Of a DNA stretch of 64,000 bases, positions 24,793 to 35,907 are shown in pieces. A program made the translations under genes and the position numbers. Numbering within the stretch: position 1 is the stretch's first letter; each line of letters opens with the position of its first letter. Below the pieces are notes generated by a model that was not told the origin of the DNA, did not search any database, and saw only the letters and a list, made by a program, of their open reading frames with translations. Source of the stretch: Chiloscyllium plagiosum (Eukaryota); assembly GCF_004010195.1 (NCBI RefSeq), contig NC_057719.1:43103789-43167788 (forward strand). Direction: 5' to 3'.

Positions 24793-25227
24793 TAACCATC
24801 CATCCTTAGCTGCTCTGAGAAGGTGGTAGACCTTTTGTATGAACCACAGGAGCAGTTTTATGCTACTGACCAATTGACAAGGCAGCTACTTGTCAACATT
24901 AATGTTTGGCTGGAGTTACGTAAAAGTAAGTTTTCCTTCCCTAAAGGATATAGGTGAACTTACTAAAAAATCAGCCAACGGAATGGTTGCTTTATTGATA
25001 TTTATTTCCAAATATTTAAAAACTGTATTTGAATTCTCAGCTGCAGTGGCAGGAAGTGAACTCCTGTTTGCTGAGTTGATACTATAGTTTCTGTACTGTA
25101 GTTTAATAATAGCCAATACACTACTGTAACCCCATGATATTTTGGGGGGTTCATTTAATTTGTGTCTAGTTCTTTACAATGTTAATGTGAATATTGTATG
25201 TGTTATATTGATACTTTGTCAATGCAG

Positions 25228-25268
25228 AATTATTTAAGGTGCATATCAGTGCAAAATTGGAAATCTAA
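25228..25268 (+). CDS. Possible alternative last coding exon of CLBA1-like gene
   Basis: Acceptor ctttgtcaatgcag. With a phase-1 join from the 21947 donor it reads KLFKVHISAKLEI* (TAA at 25266-25268). A downstream donor ag|gtatga lies at 25303. Supported by splice signals only. Confidence 0.35.
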
Positions 25269-26844
25269 CTCAGGAGAATACCCAGCACAATGAAGCTGTG
25301 AGGTATGAGGCCCCTCTAAGGAGGGTGACTCTTCAAGGGTTTGAGCTTTGCAGTTTGTGATGTAACTGCAGCCTTAATGGACCAAACTACAGTTACATTC
25401 TTTTATCAGTGTCAACCTTAATTAGCTACATCAAAATATAGGAACGTCAAGCAGTGAGTACTTGCAGGTATTTCCTAGATTTTGTTTGTTATTGCTGTAC
25501 TAATAAAAAAAAGTTTGTAATCAAATTAATTGCCATGTAAAGTCACTTGGTGCAACAGAAATAAAATCAGAAGTAGTAATCTAGACTTCACTGTGTCATG
25601 AATCATAGCTATTGTTGTATCACACAGTATAAATAGACAATAATCATCTTGGGCACACATTCCAGGTAATACTACAGTTCACTCAAATATGAATGGACTG
25701 GAACCCCTTCCTATTGATGAATTCCACAGTGTTATGATATAGCCTTTTCAGAACCACATATGTGCAGTTCATGGCAAACTGCACCAAACTATGTCTCCAA
25801 ATCTTAGTGCTCAGGCTGCAGCGCTGACCTGGTCCCTTTGCATATAAAATGCCTTGGTGTGACTTTGCAGAGGTGGTGTTGGTTATTGTCCTGATGCATT
25901 TGTGGGTACATGACTGAGGGATGCTACACAGACCCCTACAAGATTCTGTCCCTCAATTTTGATTCGTAATTATAAATATGTTAGTTTTCTGAGATATATT
26001 TGTGAAAGTATGAATTATTGCTGATTGATACTGACAAATATTGCTTCTGCTTGAAATGTATTGAAATGTCTATCTAAAAAGAACCAGTTGATGAACTGCT
26101 GCCTTATTTCTAGCATTAGAAATGTAAGAGTGTATAGTAAAGCAATACGACTATCTCAATGTTGATATACAACAACACTATATGAAGGAGAAAATGTGCA
26201 TTATTTAAATATGAAAATGGCTTCCTAAACTGCAATTTGTTTGACGGAGTAGAAGTATACAAAATACCATTATGCAGAATATGAATGTGCCATTAGTCAG
26301 TAATTCACAGGCTTAACTTGGCTGGTCAAAGGCTGCAAAAGCAGGTCAGAGATATTCTGTGGCAAGTAACTAATCTCCTTTCTACCATCTATAAAGCACA
26401 AAGTCAGTGGTGATGAAATACTCTCCATTATTCTGGATGATTTCAGTTCTGACAACATTCAGGAATATCAAAGCATAAAAATAGGAGCAGGAGCAGGGTG
26501 TTTGGCCCTTTGAACTAGCTCCCACATTCAATATGATATATCTGACCATTGACCTGTTGCAGGTTTCTTCCCTTTGATCCTTTTAGTCCTAAGAACTATA
26601 TCCAACTCTTTCTTGAAAAATTCAGTATTTGGTCACAATCTGTTTCTAAGGTGGAGAATTCCACAGACTTAGCACTCTAGGTGAAGAAATCTTTCCTCAT
26701 CTCACTCTCCAACAGCCTATCTATACCCTTAAAGTGTGACTCCTGGTTCTGGGCTTTCCGATTATTCTTCTGAACACAATAGTTGGATTGATTGGCACCC
26801 CGTCCACCATCTTCAGCATTTACTCCCTTTATACTGACATATCA

Positions 26845-27050
26845 GTAAAGACCCCATAGTTCCAGATGGCCACTTTCATTAGAGAGAGAGAACTAGTGGG
26901 TTTAATCATAAGATTACCACATCACAGATGAGAGGAAAGGTTGCAGAGGCAAAACCCTCATGGTAACTTCAGCTGGTGTGGGAATTGAACCAATGCTATT
27001 GGTATCACTCTGCATCATAAAACAGTTGTCCAGCCCAGTGAACTAACCCT
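26845..27050 (-). mobile_element. Different tRNA-headed SINE, decayed
   Basis: The minus strand begins ggttagttcactgg... and has a B-box-like ggttcaattccc. Confidence 0.5.
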
Positions 27051-27066
27051 CCTCAGTGAGTCAGAG

Positions 27067-27160
27067 CATTCCTGATGAAGGGCTTATGCCTGAAATGTCA
27101 ACTCTCCTGCTCCTGAGATGCTGCCTGACATGCTATGCTTTTCCAGTGCCACACTTTTCA
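27067..27160 (+). mobile_element. Solo Penelope terminal-repeat fragment (family A) with a hammerhead-like core
   Basis: cattcCTGATGAagggcttatgcctGAAAtGTC followed by the family A downstream sequence. Confidence 0.75.
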
Positions 27161-27319
27161 ATTCTCATTAATAAGAACCAAGTAACACTAATTAATGCAC
27201 TATCAAGATAAGTCACTGATTTATTTTTTACTATTTTGTTTGCACCTTTTCAATGTCTTGTGAAGCCATTTAATAGTTTATGTATCAAGTGAAGATGTAT
27301 TCCTTTAATCCCAAATTTC

Positions 27320-28060
27320 GTTTGGTTCTGCACTTTTGGGAGACTAAAGGATATTATCCTATATCCAAAACCTCATTTAATATGCTTTTGCATACAAGAA
27401 CTTTAAAAGCAAGTGGTTTGTTTCCAGTCAGTTCATGAATTTCCACGTAACTTATGGAATTCGTCATTAATTGAAATTGCAATGCAACTTGCAAATGAAT
27501 GAACAATTCAATAAGGTCTTAAAGGAGAGTCCAAGAGCTAGCATGTCAGATGCAAAAGTACTCAAACAATTAATTCTTGTTCTGCTCACATGTACTTATA
27601 CGGGAAAGACACCAGTCGAACATATGGTAAGTTGTAACTGTTACATGCCACTGACTATTCTTAAGCTGCCATCACCAGTCAACAAGAATGTCAAAATAAA
27701 AGCAGATGAAATCACAAAGGGAGCAGGAAAAACTGAAGCCTACTTTGACAGACAAACAGAAGATGAGCTATGATGTTAAGCTGGAAATTCTGCCCAAATC
27801 AAATAGCCAGATTTTAACCATGGATTTACACCATCTGCATCATGTTCAAAACATTTGCTCGGTATTCCAAGTTTATCTGCTGGACGAAAACACCAAGTTT
27901 AACACTAAGTGCTTCATAGTGAGCTGAGTAGAATGTTTTGAGGACAGTGATTATGAGGGTATGTTTCCTTTTCCTGTGACAGACACTGATCATTCACCTC
28001 AGGAAGAACATCACTCAAAACCACAACCTAACATTCATAGATTTGATCCCGGACCTAAGA
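27320..28060 (+). mobile_element. Highly decayed Gypsy-type integrase remnant
   Basis: In order across frames: WFCTFGRLKDII, FVSSQFMNFHVTYGIRH, LLTCTYTGKTPVEHM and AYFDRQ. These match the F..FG.P..I / F.S..F..F...GI.H / TG.SP.E / YYD pattern of Gypsy integrases. Confidence 0.5.
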
Positions 28061-28080
28061 GACCTTTGTGTCTCCAGGAT

Positions 28081-28200
28081 AATAGCTGAAAATGTGTTGC
28101 TGGAAAAGCGCAGCAGGTCAGGCAGCATCCAAGGAACAGGAGAATCGATGTTTCGGGCATGAGCTCTTCATCTCCAGCATCTGCAGCCCTCACTTTCTCC
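28081..28200. mobile_element. 120-bp Penelope-derived inverted insertion (family A)
   Basis: Perfect 12-bp TSD tgtctccaggat at 28069-28080 and 28201-28212. An inverted arm is joined to the direct tail. Confidence 0.85.
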
Positions 28201-28286
28201 TGTCTCCAGGATCACTAATGCACTTTAAGAAAACAGACAAGTTGAACTATAAGAAATGCCTTGATTTATTTTTGTTTGTTCAGAGG

Positions 28287-28615
28287 ATCATAGAATCCCT
28301 ACAGTGCAGAAAAATGCTATTCAGCCCATTGGGTCTGCACTAACCCTCCAAAGAGCATCCCACCTTATCCCCTTGACCCCATATTTATCATAGTTAACCC
28401 ACCCAGGCTGCATATTCCTGCACACTGCTGGGCAATTTTAGCATAGCCAATCCACTGAACCTACACCCCTTCAGACTGAGGGAGGAAACCAGAGCACATG
28501 GAGGAAGCCCACATAGACATGGGGAGAATGTGCAGACTGCACACAGACAGTTGCCCGAGGCTGGAATTTGAAACCACTGGTGCTATGAGGCAGCAGTGCT
28601 AACCACTGTGCCACC
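28287..28615 (-). mobile_element. tRNA-derived V-type SINE (HE1-like)
   Basis: Reverse complement of the 11694 family, somewhat diverged. Confidence 0.82.
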
Positions 28616-28924
28616 AGACTTCTATTTGTTGTTTATAATGATTAAATTTTAAAATAATGTCTTTAGTTAAAATGGGGAAAAAGATGGGTTGATCATTGGA
28701 TTGGTTGATCTGTGTTTTTTGTCTGTTCACTTGTCTGTGTGGGTTGGTCACCAGTCTGTGTTTTTGTCTGTTCACTGATCTGTGTTGCTGTGTTTGATTC
28801 TTTAGGCCTGTGGGTAGAGCTTGGACAGCTGACACCAGTCGAGAGGATTCTGTAATCTGAGCTAATGCCATGAGTTTTGCCATCTTGTGATTGCTGACAC
28901 ATTTGTAAGGAACTGAAATAATTG

Positions 28925-29478
28925 TCATAGAGTCAAAGAGCTGTACAGCATGGAAACAGACCCTTCGGACCCTTGTCCATGCCAACCAAATATCCTAAAT
29001 TAATCTAGTCCCATTTGCCAGTATTTGGCCTACATCCCTCTAAATCCTTTCTATTCATTTTACCCATCCGGATGCCTTTTAGTTGTTGTAATTGTACCCA
29101 CATTCACCACTTCCTCTGGTAGTCCATACACGCACTGCCCTCTGTGTGAAAAAGTTGCTTCTTAGGTCCCTTTTAAACCTTTCCCCGCTCACTTTAAGCT
29201 TATGCCTTCTAGTTTTGGACTCTGCTACCTTGGGGAAAAAAGCTTGGCTGTTCAGCCTATCCGTGCCCCTCATGATTTTATAAACTTCTATAAGGTCACC
29301 CCTTAGCCTCCAACACGCTCGGGAAAATAGCCCCAGCCTATTCAGCTTCTCCCTATAGTTTAAACCCTCCAACTCTGGCAACATCCTTGTAAATCTTTTC
29401 TGTACCCTTTCAAGTTTCAAAACATCCTTCATATAGCAGAGAGACCAGAATTGAACGCAGTATTCCAAAAGTGGCCAG
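28925..29478 (-). mobile_element. CR1 3' fragment
   Basis: PLLEYCVQFWS...LERVQKRFTRMLP...LRGDLIEVYKIM; CR1 tail at ~28925. Confidence 0.88.
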
Positions 29479-30497
29479 TGTCTTTTAGATACAAGATTTG
29501 GGGTAATCTCTGTATTGTTCTGAGATACATTGGTTGTTGCATATAAGACATAGAACAAACAAGAGAATAAATAACTATGTACCTTGTTGGAATTAAAAGG
29601 GAGCAAGGCAAAACAAAATGAAATCATCAATTGGGAAATGTGTGGACAAATAGCATACAAATATTCCACCATGAGTGTTCTGATGGCTAAATGTACAAAC
29701 AGGTATTTTCTTGTACTTTGTCCTTGGTTCCCACAAGTTAGAATTAATCATATTTCAGACTCAAAATGTCCAAGATTTGTCAAGTGTATTTCTTGCTGCT
29801 CTCCATTTGTCCCGTAGACCAGTACATTGTTAAGCTGAATATGACTGCAGTAGATTAGTGAATGTGGCACTCCAGAATATGTATTCACAGAACATATAGT
29901 TCCTAGCTCTTTATTAATAATATAACATCTTTTGTTTTTATACCTTGAGGAATATGTTACTATTCTAGACAATGCCTGGATCTTGTGGTCAGCACTGTAT
30001 TGGAGGCTTCTGCTGTTAATTCTATTTAAAATATGTTCTTTCCTTTTATGCTGACAACAGCATGAACCTATTCTCTCAGCTGTAGCACGGCTCTTTAACA
30101 AGGTATGCAGGGAAGCCTAGAGATGAGGTACAATTCCAGGGAAACCGTGCCCAGTTCTGTGTTAGAAGCTGAAGACATGGAGGCTTTCAGCTCTGTAGTC
30201 AGCTCAATAACAGGTAAGTGTTTTTAATTATTTTAAGTGGTTTCTAATAATGTGCTTTAATTCTGGCTACTGTCCAGCACTACCTCCCTTCTTGGCAGCA
30301 TCAGCTCTGCTCCCATTCCCGGTCAACCACACACCCTCTTCTCTGGCTTTACTCACCATCCCCCTAATCCCACCCACCGCTCACCTTCCAGCTCTGTTCC
30401 AAATCCCCTGCACCCTCAACTACTCCCACTCTTGACCCTACTCACCACCACATACAGTATGAATATGAGGCAAAACGTCCCAAGTTTACGCACTGAC

Positions 30498-30857
30498 AAG
30501 AGGGATTGAATTCAAGAGTCATGAAGTGATGTTGCAACTGTACAGGACTTTGGTTAGGCCACATTTGGAGTACTGTGTGCAGTTCTGGTCGCCTCACTTT
30601 AGGAAAGATGTGGAAGCTTCGGAGAGGGTGCAGAGAAGATTTACCAGGATGTTGCCTGGAATGGAGAACAGGTCGTACGAGGATAGGTTGAGAGCGCTAG
30701 GCCTTTTCTCGTTGGAACGGAGTCAGAATCTTTGGTGACCTTTAAGCGGCAATTGGATAGGTACATGGATGGGTACTTAAGCTTGGACAAATGTTCGGCA
30801 CAACATCGTGGGCTGAAGGGCCTGTTCTGTGCTGTATTGTTCTATGTTCTATGTTCT
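30498..30857 (+). mobile_element. CR1 3' fragment with internal deletion
   Basis: LYRTLVRPHLEYCVQFWSPHFRKD...; jumps to the 3'UTR at ~30720; (gttctat)n tail. Confidence 0.88.
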
Positions 30858-31774
30858 AAGAGGGAGGCAGTGGTGTGGTAATGTTACTGGATTAGTTCGC
30901 CAGGCTACCCTAAACAAAATGGCTTTTGTGACACAGTGATAGGGTCCTATCCCCAAACTAAGAGATCTGGCTTCAAGTCCCAGATGTGTGTCATTAAATG
31001 TCTGAACAGATTGATTAAAATAAATTAAACACTGCCAGGCCCCAGCACAACCATCAGCTTGAGCCCATTCTGGCAAATTGTGTTTTCTGGACTTGATTAG
31101 AAGTCAGCTCTCTGGAAGTAGCAGTTCCTGTTATTACCCTCAGAAGCCGGGAGTCTCTCAACATTTACCACAGTTAGGGCTGCAATCCTACTGCCTTCAG
31201 ATCACCATTTCAATTCTCATTCTGAAGCATATAACATATGAGTTTGTAATAATATTTTCATTGGTACCTGTGTCTTATAAAGGTGCTTTCTGTTTACTTT
31301 AAAACCTAAAAAAAAATCATTTGGTGACTTCTACTATTTTAAAAGAAGTAGGAATGTGATACACGAGTAACTGCGTATCAATGTGGAGGAAAAATAAATC
31401 TGAAATTTGACCTGAAAGTTGCTGTGTCTTTGACTTCATAAAAAAGGTTGTTTCTTGTTAGAATGTAGACAGACATGGTAAAGCTGCACTTATTGCTTAT
31501 TCCAAATTGCAATGAGGAGAAAATGGTGAATTGCTTTCTTTGACCTCAGTTGTATGATGATGGCATTCATGATACTATAATGGCAAAGGTGAAAGAACAG
31601 TTATGCATTTCCAGATCGCAATAATGTTCAACTTAATGGAAAACATTGAGATAATGGTGCTCTCATTCGCCTGATAGCTCTGGTCCTTCTTGATGGCAAA
31701 CCTTGAAGAGAGATAAAAGGGTGGTAAGTAGGGTGGTAGGTTGGTACCTGTAGACTGGTACAACAAATAATTTG

Positions 31775-32690
31775 CATTTATTTAGCATCTTTAAATAGTA
31801 AAATCTCCAAAGGATACTAGGACAGCTGACAAGGAAGTGCTGAAGGACTGCCTTAAAAGGAGAGGTGGGAGGGGTGGGGGAAAGAAATTCCAGAGCCTAG
31901 GCTGAAGGCAGCGAGAGACACAGCCAACAGTGAGGAAGCAGTTAAAGAAAGTGATTTGCAAGAGACAAGAATTGGAGCAGTGCTGAAATCTAAATGGATT
32001 GGAGCACTGGGAGTGGATACAAAGTTAGGGAGAAGAGGGACAATGGAGGATTTGGACAAAAGGATAAGAACATTAACAATTGACGAATTTCTGGAGCAGG
32101 ATCCATAGAGACCAGCCAACGATAAATGGAACTTGGTGATCTTTCGGAAAAGGACATTAACTTTGGTGTCATAGTTTAGTTTTATAGAGATTGAAAAGTT
32201 TGAGCTCAGGCTGGAAAGAATTTGAATCATTATCAAGAGGTAGCAATAGACATGGATTAAGGTTTCAGCAGTGGATGACCTGAGGCAGTCCAGCAGTGTC
32301 ACAGAGGTGGAATGAGATGCTCCTGGTGCTGGACACCTCATCTCAGATTAAAATAACAGCCCAAAGTTAGGAGTGGTCTGGTTCTAACCTTGGGATGGCG
32401 AACGATACAATTTTGCAGCAGGGGCTGAAGACAATAACTTTGGTGTTCTCAATAATTAGTTGGAGGAAATTTTTGTTCATCCAGTACTAGATATCCTATG
32501 AGCAGTATGACAAATCAGTGACCACAGAGGAGTTAAGAAAGGTGGTGTGAAATAGATCTGTATGCCTTTAGTGCTTATGTGGAAACCTGACTGTGTGGTT
32601 TTGGCTGATCTTGCTGAGGCTCAGCATATAGATCAAAAATGGAGAAACAGGATAGATTTCAGGTGTACCAGTGGGAAGAGAAGACATTGT
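31775..32690 (-). mobile_element. Old L2-type LINE 3' fragment
   Basis: STAETLIH... C-terminal RT remnant on the minus strand; L2-like 3' end near 31775 (ttgcatttatttagcatcttta). Confidence 0.55.
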
Positions 32691-32777
32691 TTTTATTTTT
32701 CATAAGCTGTAGATGCTGCTGGCAAAGGCAGCATTTGTTGTCCATCCTTAATTGTCCTTGCCTGCTTGTCCTTGATG

Positions 32778-32934
32778 AAAAATGTGTTGCTGGAAAAGCG
32801 CAGAAGCCTTGAAGAAGGGCTTATGCCCGAAACGTCGATTCTCCTGCTCCTTGGATGCTGCCTGACCTGCTGCGCTTTTCCAGCAACACATTTTTCAGCT
32901 CTGATCTCCAGCATCTGCAGTCCTCACTTTCTCC
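32778..32934. mobile_element. Penelope-derived insertion with a short inverted arm (family A)
   Basis: TSD tgcttgtccttgatg (32763-32777) and tgtttatccttgatg (32935-32949). Hammerhead-like core at 32809-32836 with C3 changed to T. Confidence 0.83.
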
Positions 32935-33704
32935 TGTTTATCCTTGATGGTGAGCTGCCTTATTGAATTGCTGCAGTCTATGTGGCATAAATGCATCCAT
33001 TGTACTGCTGAGAAGCAAATATCAGGATTTTGACTCAGCAGCAGTAAGGGTACAGTAATGGTGTTCAAAGGCAGAATGCATTGTGACTTATGGGAAACTT
33101 GCAAGTTGAAGTGTCACTTGCACCTGCTGCTTTATGCTTCTGGCTGGTATGGGTTGTAAGGTGCAATCTCAGTAGGTTTGGTGAGTCGCTGCAGTGCATC
33201 TTGTACAGAACACATGCTGCTGCCACAGTATGGTGGTGGTGGAAGGAATGAATGTTGAGGCTGGTGGATGGAGTGCCAACCAAATGGGTTTGATCTGGAA
33301 TATGTTAAACTTCTGGAATGTGGTTAGAGCTGCACTTAATCGATCAAATGGAAAGTATTCCACTGCAATCCTGATTTGTCCCTTGTAATTTAATCTATTA
33401 CAGGGGAGGAACCGAGAGCTGTGCTGGTGAAGTGGGTCTGGGTGTCTTCAATAAACATGTGGAACCAGTCAGCATGGCTTTTGGATGACGTCACTGAGGG
33501 TCAGCAAGAAGATCAGGATAAATTCCAGATGTAACAATAAAGGAGTCAGAAGACATGCTTTGTTTTAATTCTTTCATAACTTTGCTAACACGTTAAGCTT
33601 GCTGTAAATTATGGGACAAGCTTTGGGGAATCAGGAGCTTAGTTGCTCATCTCAGAATTTACAACCTCTGACCTGCACTTGTAGTTGTTGTATTTATTTG
33701 GCTA

Positions 33705-34184
33705 GGCGAAAGTGAGGATTGCAGATGCTAGAGATCAGAATCAAGATTAGAGTGGTACTGGAAAAGCACAGCAGATCAGGCAGCATCCGAGGAGCAGGAA
33801 AATCGACGTTTCGGGCAAAAGTCCTTCATCAGGAATGAGGCAGAGAGCCTCCGAGGTGGAGAAATGAATGGGAGGGGTGGGGCTGGGGAGAAGGTAGCAA
33901 AGAGTGCAATAGATGGATGGACATGGGATGAAGGTGTTAGGTTGGAGAGGAGGGTGGAGCGGATAGGTGGGAAGGGAGATTGGCAGGTAGGACAGGTCAT
34001 GAGGATGGTGCTGAGCTGGCAGGTTGGGACTGGGGTAAGGGGGGGTGGGAATGAGGAAACTGGTGAAGTCCAAATTGATGCCTTGGGGTTGGAGTGTTCC
34101 GAGGCAGAAGATGAGGCGTTCTTCCTCCAGGCATCGGGTGGTGAGGGAGTGGCGGTGGAGGAAGCCCAGGACCTGCCTGTTCTC
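33705..34184 (-). mobile_element. Penelope-like element 3' end (GIY-YIG C-terminus + terminal repeat)
   Basis: QVLGFLH...TTRCLEEERLIFCLGTLQPQGINLDFTSF on the minus strand, followed by a pyrimidine-rich region, hammerhead and tail. Confidence 0.88.
33805..33832 (-). ncRNA. Hammerhead motif in a Penelope 3' terminal repeat (one stem II mismatch)
   Basis: The minus strand reads CTGATGA-A-GGAC tttt GCCC-GAAAC-GTC, downstream of the GIY-YIG C-terminus. Confidence 0.65.
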
Positions 34185-34282
34185 GGCCACTTCTGATCAA
34201 TGGTAATATGCAGAATATTAATAGTTAGGGATTCAGTGATGGTAATGCCATTGAATGTTCAGAGGAGATGGCTGAGACTCGG

Positions 34283-34294
34283 CAAGATGGCGGC
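34283..34294 (+). promoter_or_regulatory. YY1-type motif CAAGATGGCGGC at the 5' end of the L1
   Basis: Exact YY1 consensus (reverse complement GCCGCCATCTTG) starting at position +10 of the element. Confidence 0.65.
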
Positions 34295-34439
34295 GATTCT
34301 GTAGGACTGCTGTGGACAGCTCTGCCTAACAGCCAAGGCATACTGGTGTTTTTTGCCGTCCCTGGCCAATTTATGTGGTGGAAATATTAGTTTAAAACCT
34401 TACAGAACACATACTTGTTAATATTTGGGAGTGGGAAGG

Positions 34440-35318
34440 ATGCCAAAGGGAAAAGGAGCAAGCAAACAGCAGCTGGGAAGACAGTCCCCTGCAGCACCTA
34501 CTACACCAGTGACTGCAGCAGCAGCCTCTCCTGAACCCGCCGGGGACCTGACTGACTCACAGGAATTGGCGGCAGCGACGGAGAGATTTATCTTGAAAGT
34601 TGCGGCTTCGATTGAGGAAATCCGTGGGGAGATTCGTGCCCAGGTCCAACCTATCGCATCCATGCTGCAGAAGCACAAGCAGGAGATCCAGGGCCTCAGG
34701 GAGAGGCTGGAGGAGGTGGAGGGTCGAACTAAGGCCTCGGAAGCTGCAATGGAGTCCTCATCCAGTCGGATTCAGGTGCTGGAGTGAGAGGTGCAGGCCT
34801 TGCAAAACTCTACCGACGACCTCAAAAATCGAGGTCACAGGATAAATCTCCGAATTGTCGGGCTCCCTGGAGGTGAGGAAGGTGAGCAGCCAGTCAGTTT
34901 CTTTGAAAAATGGCTGCCGAAGTTTTTGGGCCTTCACATCGAGTCCAGCAGGTTACAGATTGAAAGGGCTTATTGGGTTACAGTGCACAGGTCAGGGCTG
35001 GTGCAGCATCCCTGCCTGGTCCTAGTGCACTTCCACTCATATAAGGACAAGCAAAAAGTCATAGAAGCTTCCAGATCCCTGGGAAAAGATCCGCAGGCGC
35101 TGCTGTACAAGGGGTCAAAAATCATGTTTTTCCAGGATTTTTCAGCAGCTGTAATCCGTAAGAGGAAGTCCTTCGATGAAGTTAAAAAGAGGCTGAGGAA
35201 TCTGGGTATCCAGTACTCTATGAGATACCCCGCAGTACTTCATTTCAGCCATGAGTACTCAGTGTATACATTTGACTCGGCGGATAAGGCTAAAAACTTT
35301 GTGGACACTTTAAAATAG
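34440..35318 (+). pseudogene. L1-type ORF1 (coiled coil + RRM/CTD) with one in-frame stop
   Basis: ATG at 34440 (MPKGKGASKQ...), heptad-rich coiled coil, DLKNRGHRINLRIVGLP motif, and FFQDFS...YPAVL. A single TGA at 34785-34787 splits the two track ORFs, which share a frame. Confidence 0.9.
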
Positions 35319-35907
35319 ACGGATTGGCCTGAAGAATATGGTTAATGTTTGTTCTCTTTTCTATTTTTCCCCATGTTTTCCTTTCTTTTTTTAATTCCTT
35401 TCTTTCTCCCTAATAATTTCCTTTTTGGAAAGGGGGAAAAGACTTTGGAATAAGTTGTTCCTATTTTTTTTAATAACTGGATTTTCTGATGGGAAATTTT
35501 GTGGATGATCCTTTTGTTTGTTCTGCTTCTCTTTTAGTCACAAGTAGGGGTATCATGAATCCAGGGGTGGGTGGAGTGCTCATCCTGACTTTGTCCTTTG
35601 ATTTAAGGATCATCTCCTTGTTTTTTTTTCTGGCCTAAGGCTGGGGCACAGTCCAGGTTTGAAGGAGCTGTGAAGGAGGGGATGGGTAGGGTGAGTGCCC
35701 CCTATGGGCAGGGGGAAGAGTCTTCTATTCAAAGTTCTATAGTTGGTTTTCTTTGTAGTTTTTTGGTAGTAATAGTTGTTTATAGTTATGATAGAGTAGT
35801 TTTTGTATATATAGTTTCTCGATTCTATACGTCTTTATTTACTTATGCTCTGCACTTTGTAAGCAGGGTTCTCCCTTCGAGGGGTTCAAGGGTGTACTAA
35901 AGGGGAT

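Noticed and set aside
28690..28800. Short imperfect tandem repeat (tctgtgtttttgtctgttcact twice) giving Q/T/N-rich ORFs
   Set aside because: Low-complexity local duplication with no splice or homology support.
29079..29672. 197-aa ORF with a hydrophobic N-terminus
   Set aside because: Fusion of random flank with a CR1 RT C-terminal fragment.
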